Notes under the pieces: model-generated
Seen by the model: only the letters and a program-made list of their open reading frames with translations
Databases searched by the model: none
What the model was told of the DNA's origin: nothing
Made by a program: the position numbers and the translations under genes
NCBI GenBank assembly: GCA_965224705.1
Contig: OZ245056.1
Span: 288,001 to 352,000 of the forward strand
DNA: 64,000 nt
Direction of reading: 5' to 3'
DNA from: Spirochaetaceae bacterium
Lineage (GTDB): Bacteria > Spirochaetota > Spirochaetia > DSM-2461
Shown here: in pieces, positions 8,600-19,793 of the stretch
How the letters are laid out: each line of letters begins with the position of its first letter
Numbering within the stretch: position 1 is the first letter of the stretch

Positions 8600-10363
8600 A
8601 TGGTGACCACCCGCCATTCAATTCTGTGTATTTCAGTTATCTCAGCCATGTCAGGTATATTTTCAAGCTGTAGTACTGTACCTGATCTGGTTTTGAATGA
8701 TCCTGCTAGTTTTGAGAGAATGATCAATGGGGCATTGGAAGGTGAAATATTCATTATCACAAAAAAGGATTACCCGGAAATTAAGAAACTCCTGGCGGAG
8801 AGCAATTCAGAACTCCATAGGGCCGGTATTATCCTTGCTGGACAAACCGGGGATGCTGTTTTCTTTCCAGATATTTTTTCATCGTCCATGAGTGAGGATG
8901 AAGAGGTGGCTGAAACTGCAGCAGGGATCATTATCGATAATTCCCAGATGTTTCGTGCGTCTCTCCTGCAAATGCTGGATCATCCGAATTCCTCTCACAG
9001 AGAAAATGCAATTTCCATCCTTGCTCAGACTGGTGGTGAAGACATTGTTCCCCTGCTTGTTCGCTTTTTCGGCGACCCGGATGAAAACATTCGTAATCAG
9101 GCATCCCTGGCTGTCTGGAAAATTGCGGACAGAACAAATCCATTCCTTCAAGAAGCGTTGAACAACCCCGACGCCCTTGCTGCATCCATCGCTTACCGAA
9201 CACTGGGACGGTATACCGATCCTGATGATGCCTTTTTTTTCATAGAAGCCTTTATGGCAGCAGATTCAAGGATCCGAAAAGAGGCTCAATTAGCCGTTCT
9301 GAGACTTGGTGAGGCAGGTCTTCCATATTTACATGCCGAGGTCAACGGCAAAAATAATCCGTTGAACTCTCGTTTGACCGCACTCAACGTTCTACAGGGA
9401 CTGCGATTACCCGAGAGTTTATTGGTCCTGTTCGGACTTCTCTCGGATGAGAATGAAGGAATACGGACGAAGGTTGCCAGTCTTCTGGGAACTTATGGAG
9501 ATGATGCCGTCCCCACATTGATTGAGATCTATGAAACGGCCGAAATTCTCCAGCGTATACAGGCAATCACCCAGATGGGTATCATAGGTGCATCATCCGC
9601 TCTGCCAACTCTCATCGATGCATTGGGCAGCAGTATTCCTGGAATAGGGCTGGCGGCTCACGAAGCAATAGAATTCTTTGGGACAGAAGCATGGCCGCGG
9701 TTGCGGGAAGTCATTGAATCAGATGAATCAATCTCCAAAATTTCAGCAATGCAGATCCTGCGATCTGGAGGAGATTTCTGGCTGGTGCGCAATGAATCTG
9801 GAGAAATCAACAATGCCGGACTGTTTTTACTGATAACCCTGTCAGTTCAGAGCGAGATTGATGACTATCTGAATGCTGTAGAGATCAGTCATGTCCTTGG
9901 AGACAGTATTCTTTCCCTCAAAAATGCCTGGAACCTTGCCGTGGAGTTTGTTGAAATCGAAACAGGAATCACTCAGGGAAACGAACCATATCTATACCTC
10001 TGGCGGCAGCGATTAAAGTATGCAGCCGAAGCAAGGAAAACTCTCCGCCAATCTTTTGCGGTACTCCACGAATACTTCGATACCCCGGATCCCAATATCC
10101 TGAATGAATCAAAATCTGCTCGGAAAAAAAGCCGTCAGCTTAAATCCAGGGTGGAAGCCCTGACAGAACGCATTGACAGGCTTCCGCAATCAACGAAAAT
10201 CTCCGGGGAAAACCAGTTAGCTGAATATAAGGATATTCGGAATGAACTGGTCCAGATCTGGAAGTACTGCCCAGGGGAGATGAAGGAGGTTGCATTGTCT
10301 ATCTATGCTGACCGTGGATTGAATCCGATTATTCTTTCTCAGGAGGCGGCAATTCTTGATTGA
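8600..10363 (+). CDS. HEAT-repeat protein, probable lipoprotein
   Basis: Lipobox-like IFSSC; repeated L.D....IR..A...L HEAT/PBS-lyase units. Confidence 0.7.
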   Translation: MVTTRHSILCISVISAMSGIFSSCSTVPDLVLNDPASFERMINGALEGEIFIITKKDYPEIKKLLAESNSELHRAGIILAGQTGDAVFFPDIFSSSMSEDEEVAETAAGIIIDNSQMFRASLLQMLDHPNSSHRENAISILAQTGGEDIVPLLVRFFGDPDENIRNQASLAVWKIADRTNPFLQEALNNPDALAASIAYRTLGRYTDPDDAFFFIEAFMAADSRIRKEAQLAVLRLGEAGLPYLHAEVNGKNNPLNSRLTALNVLQGLRLPESLLVLFGLLSDENEGIRTKVASLLGTYGDDAVPTLIEIYETAEILQRIQAITQMGIIGASSALPTLIDALGSSIPGIGLAAHEAIEFFGTEAWPRLREVIESDESISKISAMQILRSGGDFWLVRNESGEINNAGLFLLITLSVQSEIDDYLNAVEISHVLGDSILSLKNAWNLAVEFVEIETGITQGNEPYLYLWRQRLKYAAEARKTLRQSFAVLHEYFDTPDPNILNESKSARKKSRQLKSRVEALTERIDRLPQSTKISGENQLAEYKDIRNELVQIWKYCPGEMKEVALSIYADRGLNPIILSQEAAILD

Positions 10364-10392
10364 GTCAGGAATAGTCCAATTCTGATTCCTGG

Positions 10393-10436
10393 GAGTCTGT
10401 GGATTTTAAGCCGTGAGACGTAAATCCGACAGGCTC
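10393..10436. mobile_element. Internally deleted 44-bp MITE copy with 4-bp target duplication CTGG
   Basis: Ends GAGTCTGT-GGA and TCCGACAGGCTC match both ends of the 22328-22488 element; CTGG at 10389-10392 and 10437-10440. Confidence 0.75.
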
Positions 10437-10445
10437 CTGGCTTTT

Positions 10446-10519
10446 CGGAAGTGACGGGGATCGAACCCGCGATCTCCGGCTTGACAGGCCGGCGCGATAA
10501 CCTTCTTCGCTACACCTCC
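10446..10519 (-). tRNA. tRNA-Asp (GTC)
   Basis: Acceptor stem GGAGGTG/CACTTCC, anticodon arm CCGGC-CTGTCAA-GCCGG, T arm GGTTCGATCCC; CCA not encoded. Confidence 0.96.
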
Positions 10520-10539
10520 AGATTGTAATTGAAAGTATA

Positions 10540-11667
10540 ATGGATCAGCAGGAGTTGGTCAAGTTCTCAGCGGCTGTTATTATGGAAGTTATGCCTGCAG
10601 CTGTTGAATCAATAAAAGAATTCTACAGTTCTGAGTCTCTTGCCGAACCAGCATTGATGAAATGGCCATTAAACAGTTCAGATCGAATGACACAGTCCGG
10701 ACTGGAGAATGAATTTAAGTCAAGACTGGGAGATGGTCTTCCAGATGGGCTCTTATGGATGGAAGGTCATGCTGACCTGAAATACCGGCCGGAGCGCATC
10801 CTGCCTGGCTGCCGGTCCGTGCTTGTCAGCTATCTGAATTACTACCGGAAGAATGAAATCGATCGGAATGATTCACATCTCAATCAAGGAAGAGTCGCTC
10901 GTTATGCCAGAGGCCGGGATTACCATAAGGAACTTGGATTCCGTTTAAAACGAATCACGAAGCAGTTTCGGCAAGTCTTCCCGGGAGAGCAGTTCAGGTA
11001 CTTTACCGACACGGGACCTGTGGATGAAGTATGGCTTGCATCAGCGTCTGGAACTGGATTCAGGGGGCGGCATGGGCTGACGATCATACCGGGTATTGGA
11101 AGCTGGATTGTTCTTGGTCATATATTGACCACTGTTGAATTTGATGCTCCATCTGCCAGGCCGCTGCCGTCAGGCTGTCCGGCAAATTGCAGGCGATGCA
11201 TTGATGCCTGTCCGGGAACGGCACTGGAAATGCCTGGTCGGATCAATCCTGTCCGATGTATCGCATACCAGAGCATTGAACACAGGGGGGCCGTTGACAG
11301 GGAGTACCGCCGAAAAGCAGGAAACTGGATTTTCGGATGTGATGTATGCCAGGAAGTTTGCCCATTTAACTCACAGGCGGAAGAAACGACGGTGGAAGGA
11401 TTTCTTCGTGATTATGCTGGAGCGGCATTAAATCTGGTGGAAATCCTTACATTGAGGAACAGGACGGATGTTTTGAAGAGGTTTTCCGGATCGCCCTTAA
11501 TGCGGGCGGGCCGTGCAGGTCTTGTCCGCAATGCCTGTACCGTCGCTGGCAACATCGGAGGACTGGAACTTGTGCCTGTCCTGGAGAAACTGATCAATGA
11601 TGAGAATTCTGGTATTGGTGAGCATGCTGTTTGGGCTCTGGAAAAAATACGTCGGCGATTCAGTTGA
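10540..11667 (+). CDS. queG: Epoxyqueuosine reductase
   Basis: VARYARGRDYH, FTDTGP, CxxCxxCxxxCP and FGCDVCQEVCP Fe-S motifs, C-terminal HEAT-like helices. Confidence 0.92.
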   Translation: MDQQELVKFSAAVIMEVMPAAVESIKEFYSSESLAEPALMKWPLNSSDRMTQSGLENEFKSRLGDGLPDGLLWMEGHADLKYRPERILPGCRSVLVSYLNYYRKNEIDRNDSHLNQGRVARYARGRDYHKELGFRLKRITKQFRQVFPGEQFRYFTDTGPVDEVWLASASGTGFRGRHGLTIIPGIGSWIVLGHILTTVEFDAPSARPLPSGCPANCRRCIDACPGTALEMPGRINPVRCIAYQSIEHRGAVDREYRRKAGNWIFGCDVCQEVCPFNSQAEETTVEGFLRDYAGAALNLVEILTLRNRTDVLKRFSGSPLMRAGRAGLVRNACTVAGNIGGLELVPVLEKLINDENSGIGEHAVWALEKIRRRFS

Positions 11668-11897
11668 TGTTTCAGCTCATGCAGGTTCGCCCCGTACAGC
11701 ATGCTGCATCTGAATTGAATTTCAGCCATATTCGCAATCTTGTCTGTTTTCCAATTGTCCTGTACAATCCTACATCCGGAGTGGGAGGATCCGTATCCGG
11801 AAAACTGTTGGGTCAGTTTACATGATGTCTGGAGTCAGATGGACTGTTAACAGCTCAAAGTTGAGTAATCTCTCCCTGCCATCAGGAGTTATAGAAT

Positions 11898-12512
11898 ATG
11901 ACTGAAAGAACCGATAATGGAATTGTGAAAAAACTGGCTGCATTTTCAGGTATAACCATTGTGATCGCAATCACTGTTTTTGCGCTGACTTTCTGCGGTA
12001 TGGATCAGGAGGGAGAACCTGAAGCATTTGTAGATCCACAGCTGCTGGATGAAAATGAAGCTGATATGGTGGTTGAAAACGAAGTGACAGACGAAGTAAT
12101 CAACCGATATATTGTTGGCCGTCACAATGTTGTCGAAGGTGAATCAATCTCCCTTATCGCCGGCAGGCATTGGGATGATATTTATCTCTGGCCCGATTTA
12201 TACCTTCTGAATAAACTTGAATCTGGTGACCCGGATCTCATTTATCCCGATGAAATTATAGACATATACAACCGTCTTGGCCGGGGTAATGAGTTCCATG
12301 AAAACGAAAAAGAGCTGATACTCAATGCATATATTGAAGTGTATGACATCTTTAAGGCATTGGGACCACGTAAAAACAGTTCGGCATGGACATTGCTGTG
12401 GTGTGGAACCCGGTATGACAATAATTTCCTCGACCTCTTTGCCCATCGCATTGCCCCGGATGATATGGCCGTGGCAAGAAAGTACGTTGCAGAAGAAGGA
12501 TTTCTGGATTAA
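11898..12512 (+). CDS. Membrane-anchored LysM-domain protein
   Basis: N-terminal TM/lipobox; HNVVEGESISLIAGRHW...WPDLYLLN...PDLIYP LysM pattern. Confidence 0.7.
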   Translation: MTERTDNGIVKKLAAFSGITIVIAITVFALTFCGMDQEGEPEAFVDPQLLDENEADMVVENEVTDEVINRYIVGRHNVVEGESISLIAGRHWDDIYLWPDLYLLNKLESGDPDLIYPDEIIDIYNRLGRGNEFHENEKELILNAYIEVYDIFKALGPRKNSSAWTLLWCGTRYDNNFLDLFAHRIAPDDMAVARKYVAEEGFLD

Positions 12513-12538
12513 CATTGGGTTTCCAGTGACTGGATCCC

Positions 12539-13189
12539 ATGAAATCGTCCGCTAAGATTTTTACAGTATTATTTCTAGTCTCAGGCATTGTATCCATTGG
12601 GGCCAGGCCAAATCATGCCCGGATTCGATTGCTCATTGCGATGGATCCTATAAGTCAGTTTAATGGTGAGGGATTGGGCAGCTCAAATGGCAATTTCGCT
12701 GCCAGCAGCAGCTATGGCATAGCTCCTGGTATTGAGGCAGTATGGCTTTTTGGTACTATTGTTGAAGCTGGCATCGGGTTTCAATGGCAGATCTCCCGGT
12801 CTTTGTATCACAGCGGCGGCAGGACAGGTGCTGTTTATAATTTCATACCTCTTTATGCCATCGCACGCATCAACGTGACCACATTGAAGTCATTCAAAGC
12901 ATTTCTTGGAGCCAGAATCGGCTACGCATTTTTTAATGACAGCGATGGTTTCCGCAGTCTGCTTCCTGAGGATTCCGGGGGGACTTTGATCTCTTCAAGT
13001 GGGGGATTGTTTGCTGCCGGAAGCCTGGGCGTAGTCTACACACTTCAAAATAGACAGAACTGGGGACTGGATTTATCTGCAAGTGTTGGCTATGGTTTTT
13101 TCGGAGCGGAGACCCGTTCTTTAGAAAGGAGCTATTCCATCAATCTACAATCAATGACTGTTGATTTTGGCATTGAACTGCGGCTCTAG
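12539..13189 (+). CDS. Outer membrane beta-barrel protein (small, OmpA/OmpW-like)
   Basis: Signal peptide, alternating amphipathic strands, C-terminal FGIELRL. Confidence 0.6.
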   Translation: MKSSAKIFTVLFLVSGIVSIGARPNHARIRLLIAMDPISQFNGEGLGSSNGNFAASSSYGIAPGIEAVWLFGTIVEAGIGFQWQISRSLYHSGGRTGAVYNFIPLYAIARINVTTLKSFKAFLGARIGYAFFNDSDGFRSLLPEDSGGTLISSSGGLFAAGSLGVVYTLQNRQNWGLDLSASVGYGFFGAETRSLERSYSINLQSMTVDFGIELRL

Positions 13190-13253
13190 AAGTCTGTCGG
13201 ACTCTAAGATTTCAAGGCGATTTTGATGATTTTTTCCTGATTACGGCAACAAA
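13190..13253. mobile_element. Partial MITE copy (one end)
   Basis: AAGTCTGTCGGACTCTAAGATTTCAAGGCGATTTTGATGATTTTTTCCTGAT matches the reverse complement of the 22488 end; follows CTAG (stop codon of the upstream gene). Confidence 0.75.
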
Positions 13254-13269
13254 TTTTTCAGTTTCCCTA

Positions 13270-13298
13270 TTGATAGGCTTATCTGATACCACTATCAT
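13270..13298 (+). promoter_or_regulatory. Sigma70-type promoter for oadGAB
   Basis: TTGATA-N17-TATCAT. Confidence 0.5.
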
Positions 13299-13361
13299 GA
13301 TACTGCATCAGTGAAAGAAATCCAGGATGAGTCTTATTCGTCTAAATTCAGGAGTAAACAA

Positions 13362-13562
13362 GTGAATGACGGCATTTTAATTATGACGGTTGGTATGATG
13401 GTGGTTTTTGCTTTTCTAATAATCATGGTCTTTTCAATGAAATTCATGTCAGGTTACATCCTGAAAGCTTTCCCTGAAAAGGAACAGTCTGTTCCTCAGA
13501 TGCCGGGTCAGAATGACCTGGAAGTTGCTGTGGCTGTCGCAGCAGCATATATTCATAGATAA
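13362..13562 (+). CDS. oadG: Oxaloacetate decarboxylase gamma subunit
   Basis: GTG start after AGGAG; GMMVVFAFL TM helix and EVAVAVAAA tail; precedes oadA and oadB. Confidence 0.85.
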   Translation: MNDGILIMTVGMMVVFAFLIIMVFSMKFMSGYILKAFPEKEQSVPQMPGQNDLEVAVAVAAAYIHR

Positions 13563-13575
13563 AGAGAAGGCCATT

Positions 13576-15369
13576 ATGACGAAAAAGAAAGTTAATTTCA
13601 TGATTACAGCTTTCCGGGATGGATTTCAATCTGTTTTCGGGGCAAGGGTTTTTACAAAAGACTTCATTCCGGCTGTAGAAGCAGCCGCCAGGGCGGGAAT
13701 TCAGCACTTTGAGGCTGGCGGAGGGGCACGCTTTCAGTCACTTTATTTCTACAGCAATGAAGATGCCTTCCATATGATGGATCAATTTCGTGCCGCAGCA
13801 GGTCCTGACGCCGACCTTCAAACGCTGTCCAGGGGAATCAATGTCGTAGGATTGAGTTCCCAGCCACGGGATATTATCAAGCTTCACGCAAAGCTCTTCA
13901 AGAAACACGGAATTACAACAATCCGCAATTTCGATGCCTTAAATGATGTCAATAATCTTATTGATTCTGGTAAGGCCATTGTCAATGCCGGGGCAAATCA
14001 TGAAGTTTGTGTCACTTTGATGGCCCTCCCCGAAGGAATTACTGGTGCCCATGATCCGGACTATTATGAAAAAACTCTCAAGGACATACTTGGTGCGGAC
14101 ATACCGTATAGTTCGGTATGCTTCAAAGATGCTTCGGGTACCACGACCCCGTCAGTTGTATATGAATCCATCAAACGGGCACGGAAACTGCTGGGTAAGG
14201 ATGTAAAACTGGTGTTTCATTCCCATGACACGGCCGGTGTCTGTATCATGCAGTATAAGGCGGCATTGGATGCGGGTGCCAACCAGGTGGATTTATCCAT
14301 GGCTCCTGTCTCAGGTGGAACCTGCCAGCCTGATGTAATGACCATGTACCATGCCTTGCGCGGTACAGAATATGATATGGGTATTGATCCTGCAAAAGTC
14401 TATGAGGCCGAGGAGATTTTCAAAGAATGCATGAAGGATTATTTCATGCCTCCAGAAGCCAAGAAAGTGGAACCCCTCATTCCCCAGTCACCCATGCCCG
14501 GCGGAGCACTGACAGCCAATACTCAGATGCTTCGGGATAACGAGTTAATGGATCGCTATGAGGAAATAATCAAAAACATGAGAGAAGTGGTTATCAAGGG
14601 TGGATTTGGTACTTCTGTAACACCTGTTTCCCAGTTTTATTTTCAGCAGGCATTCAATAACACAGTATTTGGACCCTGGAAGAAAATAGCAGACGGTTAC
14701 GGTAAAATGGTCCTTGGCTATTTTGGAAAAACACCCGTACCGCCGGAAGATGAAATCGTCAAGATTACCTCCGAACTGATGGAACTTGAGCCGACTACCC
14801 GTCTGCCGGTCGATATCAATGATGAAAATCCCAAACTGGGCACTGAAGCCGCCAGGAAACTGCTCACCGACAATGGGATTACAGATCACTCAGATGAAAA
14901 CATCTTTATTGCCGCCACCTGCCTTGAAAAGGGTATTCAGTTTCTCAAGGGAGAAGCCAGGCCCAATGTTCGAAAGAACGTTCCTGAAACACAATCCAGC
15001 CTGTCGGCCAGCGAAGGAGTTACTGTAACTATCAACGGCTGTGACTACGGTGTGAAGATTGATGGGAGCAAAGCCACTGTCAATGACACAACCTATGACA
15101 TTGATGTCAGGGCCGGGATTGACTCGGGCAGTACGGCACCGGCGGCAGCCATTACAACAGCGACAGTCAATGCTCCCATGCCCGGCCTGGTTCTTCGCAT
15201 CCCTGTTGCGATTGGAGATACAGTTGCCGAGGGGGATGAGATTATAGTCCTTGAAGCCATGAAAATGGAAACACCCGTATCGGCGCCCACGGATGGAACC
15301 ATAAAATCCATCTCAGTTTCCCAGGGCGATCAGGTTAAATCAGGTGACGTTCTGGTTGAGATTGGTTAG
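13576..15369 (+). CDS. oadA: Oxaloacetate decarboxylase alpha subunit (carboxyltransferase plus biotin domain)
   Basis: TAFRDGFQS, GGGARF, HSHDT, PGG, VTPVSQ and EAMKM biotinylation motif. Confidence 0.92.
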   Translation: MTKKKVNFMITAFRDGFQSVFGARVFTKDFIPAVEAAARAGIQHFEAGGGARFQSLYFYSNEDAFHMMDQFRAAAGPDADLQTLSRGINVVGLSSQPRDIIKLHAKLFKKHGITTIRNFDALNDVNNLIDSGKAIVNAGANHEVCVTLMALPEGITGAHDPDYYEKTLKDILGADIPYSSVCFKDASGTTTPSVVYESIKRARKLLGKDVKLVFHSHDTAGVCIMQYKAALDAGANQVDLSMAPVSGGTCQPDVMTMYHALRGTEYDMGIDPAKVYEAEEIFKECMKDYFMPPEAKKVEPLIPQSPMPGGALTANTQMLRDNELMDRYEEIIKNMREVVIKGGFGTSVTPVSQFYFQQAFNNTVFGPWKKIADGYGKMVLGYFGKTPVPPEDEIVKITSELMELEPTTRLPVDINDENPKLGTEAARKLLTDNGITDHSDENIFIAATCLEKGIQFLKGEARPNVRKNVPETQSSLSASEGVTVTINGCDYGVKIDGSKATVNDTTYDIDVRAGIDSGSTAPAAAITTATVNAPMPGLVLRIPVAIGDTVAEGDEIIVLEAMKMETPVSAPTDGTIKSISVSQGDQVKSGDVLVEIG

Positions 15370-15379
15370 GGAGGCATAG

Positions 15380-16630
15380 ATGGATTTTGCTTATTCCCTG
15401 CACGAGCTTTGGAAAACAACCGGACTGTTCGGTTTCCTCCAGACCGGAGGCTGGCAGAGTGTTTTAATGATTGGTATTGGTCTTCTATTGATCTGGCTGG
15501 CCATTGCCAGAGGATTTGAACCTCTTTTGCTTGTTCCTATCGGGACAGGTTCGATACTTTCAAATATCCCGTTCGCTGAGATTGCCGCCCATACAGTTCA
15601 ATCTGTCGGTGCAGACGGCCATGTTTACGTTGATGTTTACGGTGGATTCATCGGTCAGTTTTATGAGATGGGGATTGCATCGGGATTGTTCCCCCTGCTC
15701 ATCTTTCTGGGAGTCGGTGCCATGACGGACTTTGGTCCTCTTATCGCCAATCCCAGGACACTTCTTTTGGGGGCTGCTGCTCAGTTCGGTATATTTTTCG
15801 CCCTTTTTGGCACAATCCTTCTTGAGATGATTCCCGGGTTTTCCTTCCTTGGAAATGCCGAAGGATCCACACTGGCCGAATCCATCCTCCACGTAGCCGG
15901 TTCCATTGGCATCATTGGCGGAGCCGATGGTCCAACGGCCATATTTACAACGGCCAGACTGGCTCCAAACTATCTGGGTCCCATCGCTGTCGCAGCCTAT
16001 TCATACATGGCCCTGGTCCCCATTATACAGCCGCCCATCATGAAGGCCCTCACCACCAGAGAAGAGCGTCAGATTAAAATGGAACAGCTCCGACATGTTA
16101 CAAAGCTTGAAAAAATAATCTTCCCCATCATTGTTCTCATCATCTGCATACTTCTCCTTCCCAGTGCCACACACCTGATTGGAATGCTGATGTTCGGTAA
16201 CCTGCTCAAAGAATGTATGGTGACAGACAGGCTGTCCAATACGGCTCAGAACGCCTTGATGAATACCGTAACCATCATGTTGGGACTATCGGTTGGATCT
16301 AAAATGTCCGCCGATGTTTTCTTGAATCTTACCACACTCGGCATCCTTGCTCTGGGATTGATTGCATTTATGATCGGCACAAGTACAGGTATTCTTCTGG
16401 CCAAACTCATGAACAGATTCTCGAAGAAACATCCAATCAATCCACTCATTGGTGCTGCTGGAGTTTCTGCTGTTCCAATGGCGGCCCGTGTCGCCAATAA
16501 AGTGGGACTTGAAGAGAACCCCAACAACTACCTGCTGATGCATGCCATGGGGCCCAATGTTGCCGGAGTCATCGGTTCCGCAGTCGCTGCCGGGGTTTTA
16601 CTGGTGCTGGTTCCAATTCTTGGAGGCTGA
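15380..16630 (+). CDS. oadB: Na+-translocating decarboxylase beta subunit
   Basis: [38 protein letters not shown] and HAMGPNVAG motifs. Confidence 0.95.
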   Translation: MDFAYSLHELWKTTGLFGFLQTGGWQSVLMIGIGLLLIWLAIARGFEPLLLVPIGTGSILSNIPFAEIAAHTVQSVGADGHVYVDVYGGFIGQFYEMGIASGLFPLLIFLGVGAMTDFGPLIANPRTLLLGAAAQFGIFFALFGTILLEMIPGFSFLGNAEGSTLAESILHVAGSIGIIGGADGPTAIFTTARLAPNYLGPIAVAAYSYMALVPIIQPPIMKALTTREERQIKMEQLRHVTKLEKIIFPIIVLIICILLLPSATHLIGMLMFGNLLKECMVTDRLSNTAQNALMNTVTIMLGLSVGSKMSADVFLNLTTLGILALGLIAFMIGTSTGILLAKLMNRFSKKHPINPLIGAAGVSAVPMAARVANKVGLEENPNNYLLMHAMGPNVAGVIGSAVAAGVLLVLVPILGG

Positions 16631-16697
16631 CCCCGGGAATCTGCCTGTATTCAATACAAGTATACTTGAAAAAGCCCGGCAGCTGCTTGCGGGGAAA

Positions 16698-19600
16698 ATG
16701 CTCTGGAAATTTGCCGATCACCGGAGTATGACTACTCCAGCACTGGTTCCAGACGGATTTGCTGGAGCCCTGGTATTGGACAATGCTCCAGAGCCATATC
16801 GTGTTATCTGGAATAAGGAAGATTGGGACTGTGACTGCTCGGATGGAGCCATGCGGAAGCCCTGTGTCCATCTTGCTGCACTGCTGATCAAAATGAATCT
16901 ACTGATGGCGGACTCCGGGGAGATGACCGATACTCCACCAGTGAAGTTTGATTACCTGGATCCAGAACAGCATCTTCTTTTTTTCAGCTTACCCGAAGAC
17001 CTGAAAACAGTACCAGCGATTATACTGGGAAAATCGGATAGGGTTGAAAGAGTTTTCAGTCAGTCAGCATTTCCGGTTCAACCATCTGGAATCGTTTTTA
17101 AGGATCTGGAAAAGAATGATTGGAGAATCACTGCAGGGAAAATCCCTGTACGGGAGGATGGGTCTTATGGCAAGCCCTGCCTGTCAAAGTCTTCGGTGCA
17201 CCCCTCAATAGAATCCATCCCCGGTGATGAAACTATTACGCTTTCCCAACTGGAGGCATCCGATATTATTCTGGATCTTCTTGATTCTCCTGTCCATGTT
17301 GTGAACATTCATGGAGATCAATGGACTCTGATTGAAGGAGGCAAAGTTCATATCTGTTTTGATCCCCTGCTGACTGCTGCCGGGCAGGAATTCCTGTTCA
17401 AACCCCGAATCTACATCCAAACAGAAACGGGATGCGGGGATGTCAGAAAATATTCAGGTAGTCCTGCTGCAGCCGCCAACGGCCTCCTTGTCTTCGATGA
17501 AAGCAATCAGGCTGTGGTGCAGTGTAAGGGGATTGGATCGGCCAGATGGTTTATCCGGCTCATCCTTTCCCGGAAAACTCTCTCCGGCACAGATATCCAG
17601 GCACGGCTTTCCAGAGATCGTCATTCGGTGGCTGGTATTGAAATCGATGCGCCAGACCTGCCGGACCACCTGCCAACTCTCACCCCCTCACTGATCCTGG
17701 ACATTGTGAACCGGGGAAACTGGATAAATTTGCGATCTCGATTCCGATATGAATCTGCTTTGCTGACCCCGGAAGAAACCGGTGATATTGTTTCCATAAA
17801 AGGCAGGGGCCTGGAGGAACAGCCAATCGGCCTTCGCAGCCATTCTGATGAGAATGAATTGATCAGAAGAGCAGAATCCATATTGACAGGAGCCCTCTGC
17901 TGGAGAAGGGGGCATTACTCTGGATTAACAAAGAACCAGGATGTGCCTTTTCGAATTGAACTCCCTCTCAGTGATTTTCTCATTGCCTATGGCAAACAAT
18001 TACTGGATGCAGACATTGAAATCCGTCTTGAAAACCGGCCCATCCGTATTGGGGGAAGGATTCAAATCAAAATCAATGAAGATGGGATGCAGCTGAATAT
18101 GAATACTCATATCGAAAGTGAGGATGGCCGTCTTTCAGTTCTTGATCTGGATCCCTGGCTGACAGAGGGAGTGGTGAGAGCCGGAGAAGACTATTTCATA
18201 TTGGGCAAAAAGGCCCTGGAACAACTCAATTTTCTCAGGCAGAATGGAATGAACGATAGTGGTTTTCTATCCACGAGTCCGGAAAATCTGAGCCTCATTG
18301 ATGCCGTATATGCACAGATTCATATTGATGAGAACTCGGCTATGGATTTGGAAGAAAAGCGATCTCTTTACCATAGTCTGGTCAATTTCACACCGGAAAA
18401 TCCCCTGTCTCCTCCTGATCCCTTCCGTGGTGAATTGCGGCCGTATCAATTATACGGCTATGCATGGCTGATTTACATGAGGGAACACGGATTGGGAGCC
18501 TGCCTGGCCGATGATATGGGGCTTGGTAAAACAGTGCAGACCCTTGCCTATCTCAGCCATCTGAATCAAAGCGGTCGTCCTGGTCCCACCCTTCTGGTGG
18601 GCCCTGTTGTAACCCTGTCGAACTGGGCCGCTGAGATATCCCGCTTCACCCCTGAACTGAGATTTCACCTCTATTCAGGGCCTCCTGAAAAACGATCTCT
18701 TCCAGAACCGGATTCAGGCATTCATATAGTGATCGTCAGCTACCAGACACTTCGGATCGATGCGGAGAAGTTTTTTTCTGTGAAATGGGACACTGTTATT
18801 CTTGATGAAGCTCATTATGTGAAAAACGCCTCCTCCCAAACCTTTAAAACGGTGCGTTCCCTCAGGGCTGCAAACCGTTTATCCCTGACGGGGACACCTC
18901 TGGAAAACCATCTGGGAGAACTCTGGTCGCAAATGACATTCCTCAATCCCGGACTTCTTGGCCGACACCATGAATTCTTACGGCGTTTCGGCGAAACACA
19001 TCAGGTGGAACAGCTGAAAAGAATTGTCTCACCTTTCATTTTGAGACGTCACAAGGAGGACGTTCTTGACGAACTTCCCGCTAAAGATGAGATAGTAATG
19101 CGTTGTGAAATGACAGCGGAACAAACCGAAGTCTATCAGGCTATGAGTCGATTGTATTACCAGCAGGCAACCGGTCTTCTCTCCAGGGAGGGCTTGAGCG
19201 GTGGACGGATTCAAATTCTTTCATTGTTGACCAGACTCCGTCTACTGGCGATTCATCCCCCGATGGCTGGAGAACAGTTCAATGGCATTTCCTCAGGAAA
19301 AATGCAGTTTCTCGATTCATTTTTAACCGAAGTTCTGGAAGAAAACCACAAAGTTCTTGTTTTCAGTCAGTTTCTTGGAGTTCTGGATCAGGCCGAGCGA
19401 ACATGTCTCCGATACAATTGGGATTTCCGACGGCTGACAGGATCCACGAGAAACAGGGAAACACCCATAGCAGAATTCATGGATGATCCCGGAGTCAGGA
19501 TTTTTCTGCTCAGCCTGAGAGCCGGTTCCGTAGGAATAAACCTGACGGCAGCAGATTATGTCATCCTTCTTGATCCCTGGTGGAATCCAGCCGTTGAGGG

Positions 19601-19793
19601 CCAGGCTGTCGATCGAGCTCATCGCATGGGGCAGCAGCGTCCGGTAACGGCCTATAAATTTATTGCGTCAGGAACTATAGAGGAAAAAGTTCTGGATTTG
19701 CAGGAGAGAAAAAAAGATCTTGTTTCCGGTATTCTTGACAATGAGGGCATGCCTCAATTGACAGAAGATGATATTCTTAATCTGTTCTTGTAG
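16698..19793 (+). CDS. SWIM zinc-finger SNF2 family helicase (start uncertain)
   Basis: CDC...CVH SWIM finger; LADDMGLGKT, DEAH, LTGTPLEN and DRAHRMGQ helicase motifs. Confidence 0.9.
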   Translation: MLWKFADHRSMTTPALVPDGFAGALVLDNAPEPYRVIWNKEDWDCDCSDGAMRKPCVHLAALLIKMNLLMADSGEMTDTPPVKFDYLDPEQHLLFFSLPEDLKTVPAIILGKSDRVERVFSQSAFPVQPSGIVFKDLEKNDWRITAGKIPVREDGSYGKPCLSKSSVHPSIESIPGDETITLSQLEASDIILDLLDSPVHVVNIHGDQWTLIEGGKVHICFDPLLTAAGQEFLFKPRIYIQTETGCGDVRKYSGSPAAAANGLLVFDESNQAVVQCKGIGSARWFIRLILSRKTLSGTDIQARLSRDRHSVAGIEIDAPDLPDHLPTLTPSLILDIVNRGNWINLRSRFRYESALLTPEETGDIVSIKGRGLEEQPIGLRSHSDENELIRRAESILTGALCWRRGHYSGLTKNQDVPFRIELPLSDFLIAYGKQLLDADIEIRLENRPIRIGGRIQIKINEDGMQLNMNTHIESEDGRLSVLDLDPWLTEGVVRAGEDYFILGKKALEQLNFLRQNGMNDSGFLSTSPENLSLIDAVYAQIHIDENSAMDLEEKRSLYHSLVNFTPENPLSPPDPFRGELRPYQLYGYAWLIYMREHGLGACLADDMGLGKTVQTLAYLSHLNQSGRPGPTLLVGPVVTLSNWAAEISRFTPELRFHLYSGPPEKRSLPEPDSGIHIVIVSYQTLRIDAEKFFSVKWDTVILDEAHYVKNASSQTFKTVRSLRAANRLSLTGTPLENHLGELWSQMTFLNPGLLGRHHEFLRRFGETHQVEQLKRIVSPFILRRHKEDVLDELPAKDEIVMRCEMTAEQTEVYQAMSRLYYQQATGLLSREGLSGGRIQILSLLTRLRLLAIHPPMAGEQFNGISSGKMQFLDSFLTEVLEENHKVLVFSQFLGVLDQAERTCLRYNWDFRRLTGSTRNRETPIAEFMDDPGVRIFLLSLRAGSVGINLTAADYVILLDPWWNPAVEGQAVDRAHRMGQQRPVTAYKFIASGTIEEKVLDLQERKKDLVSGILDNEGMPQLTEDDILNLFL

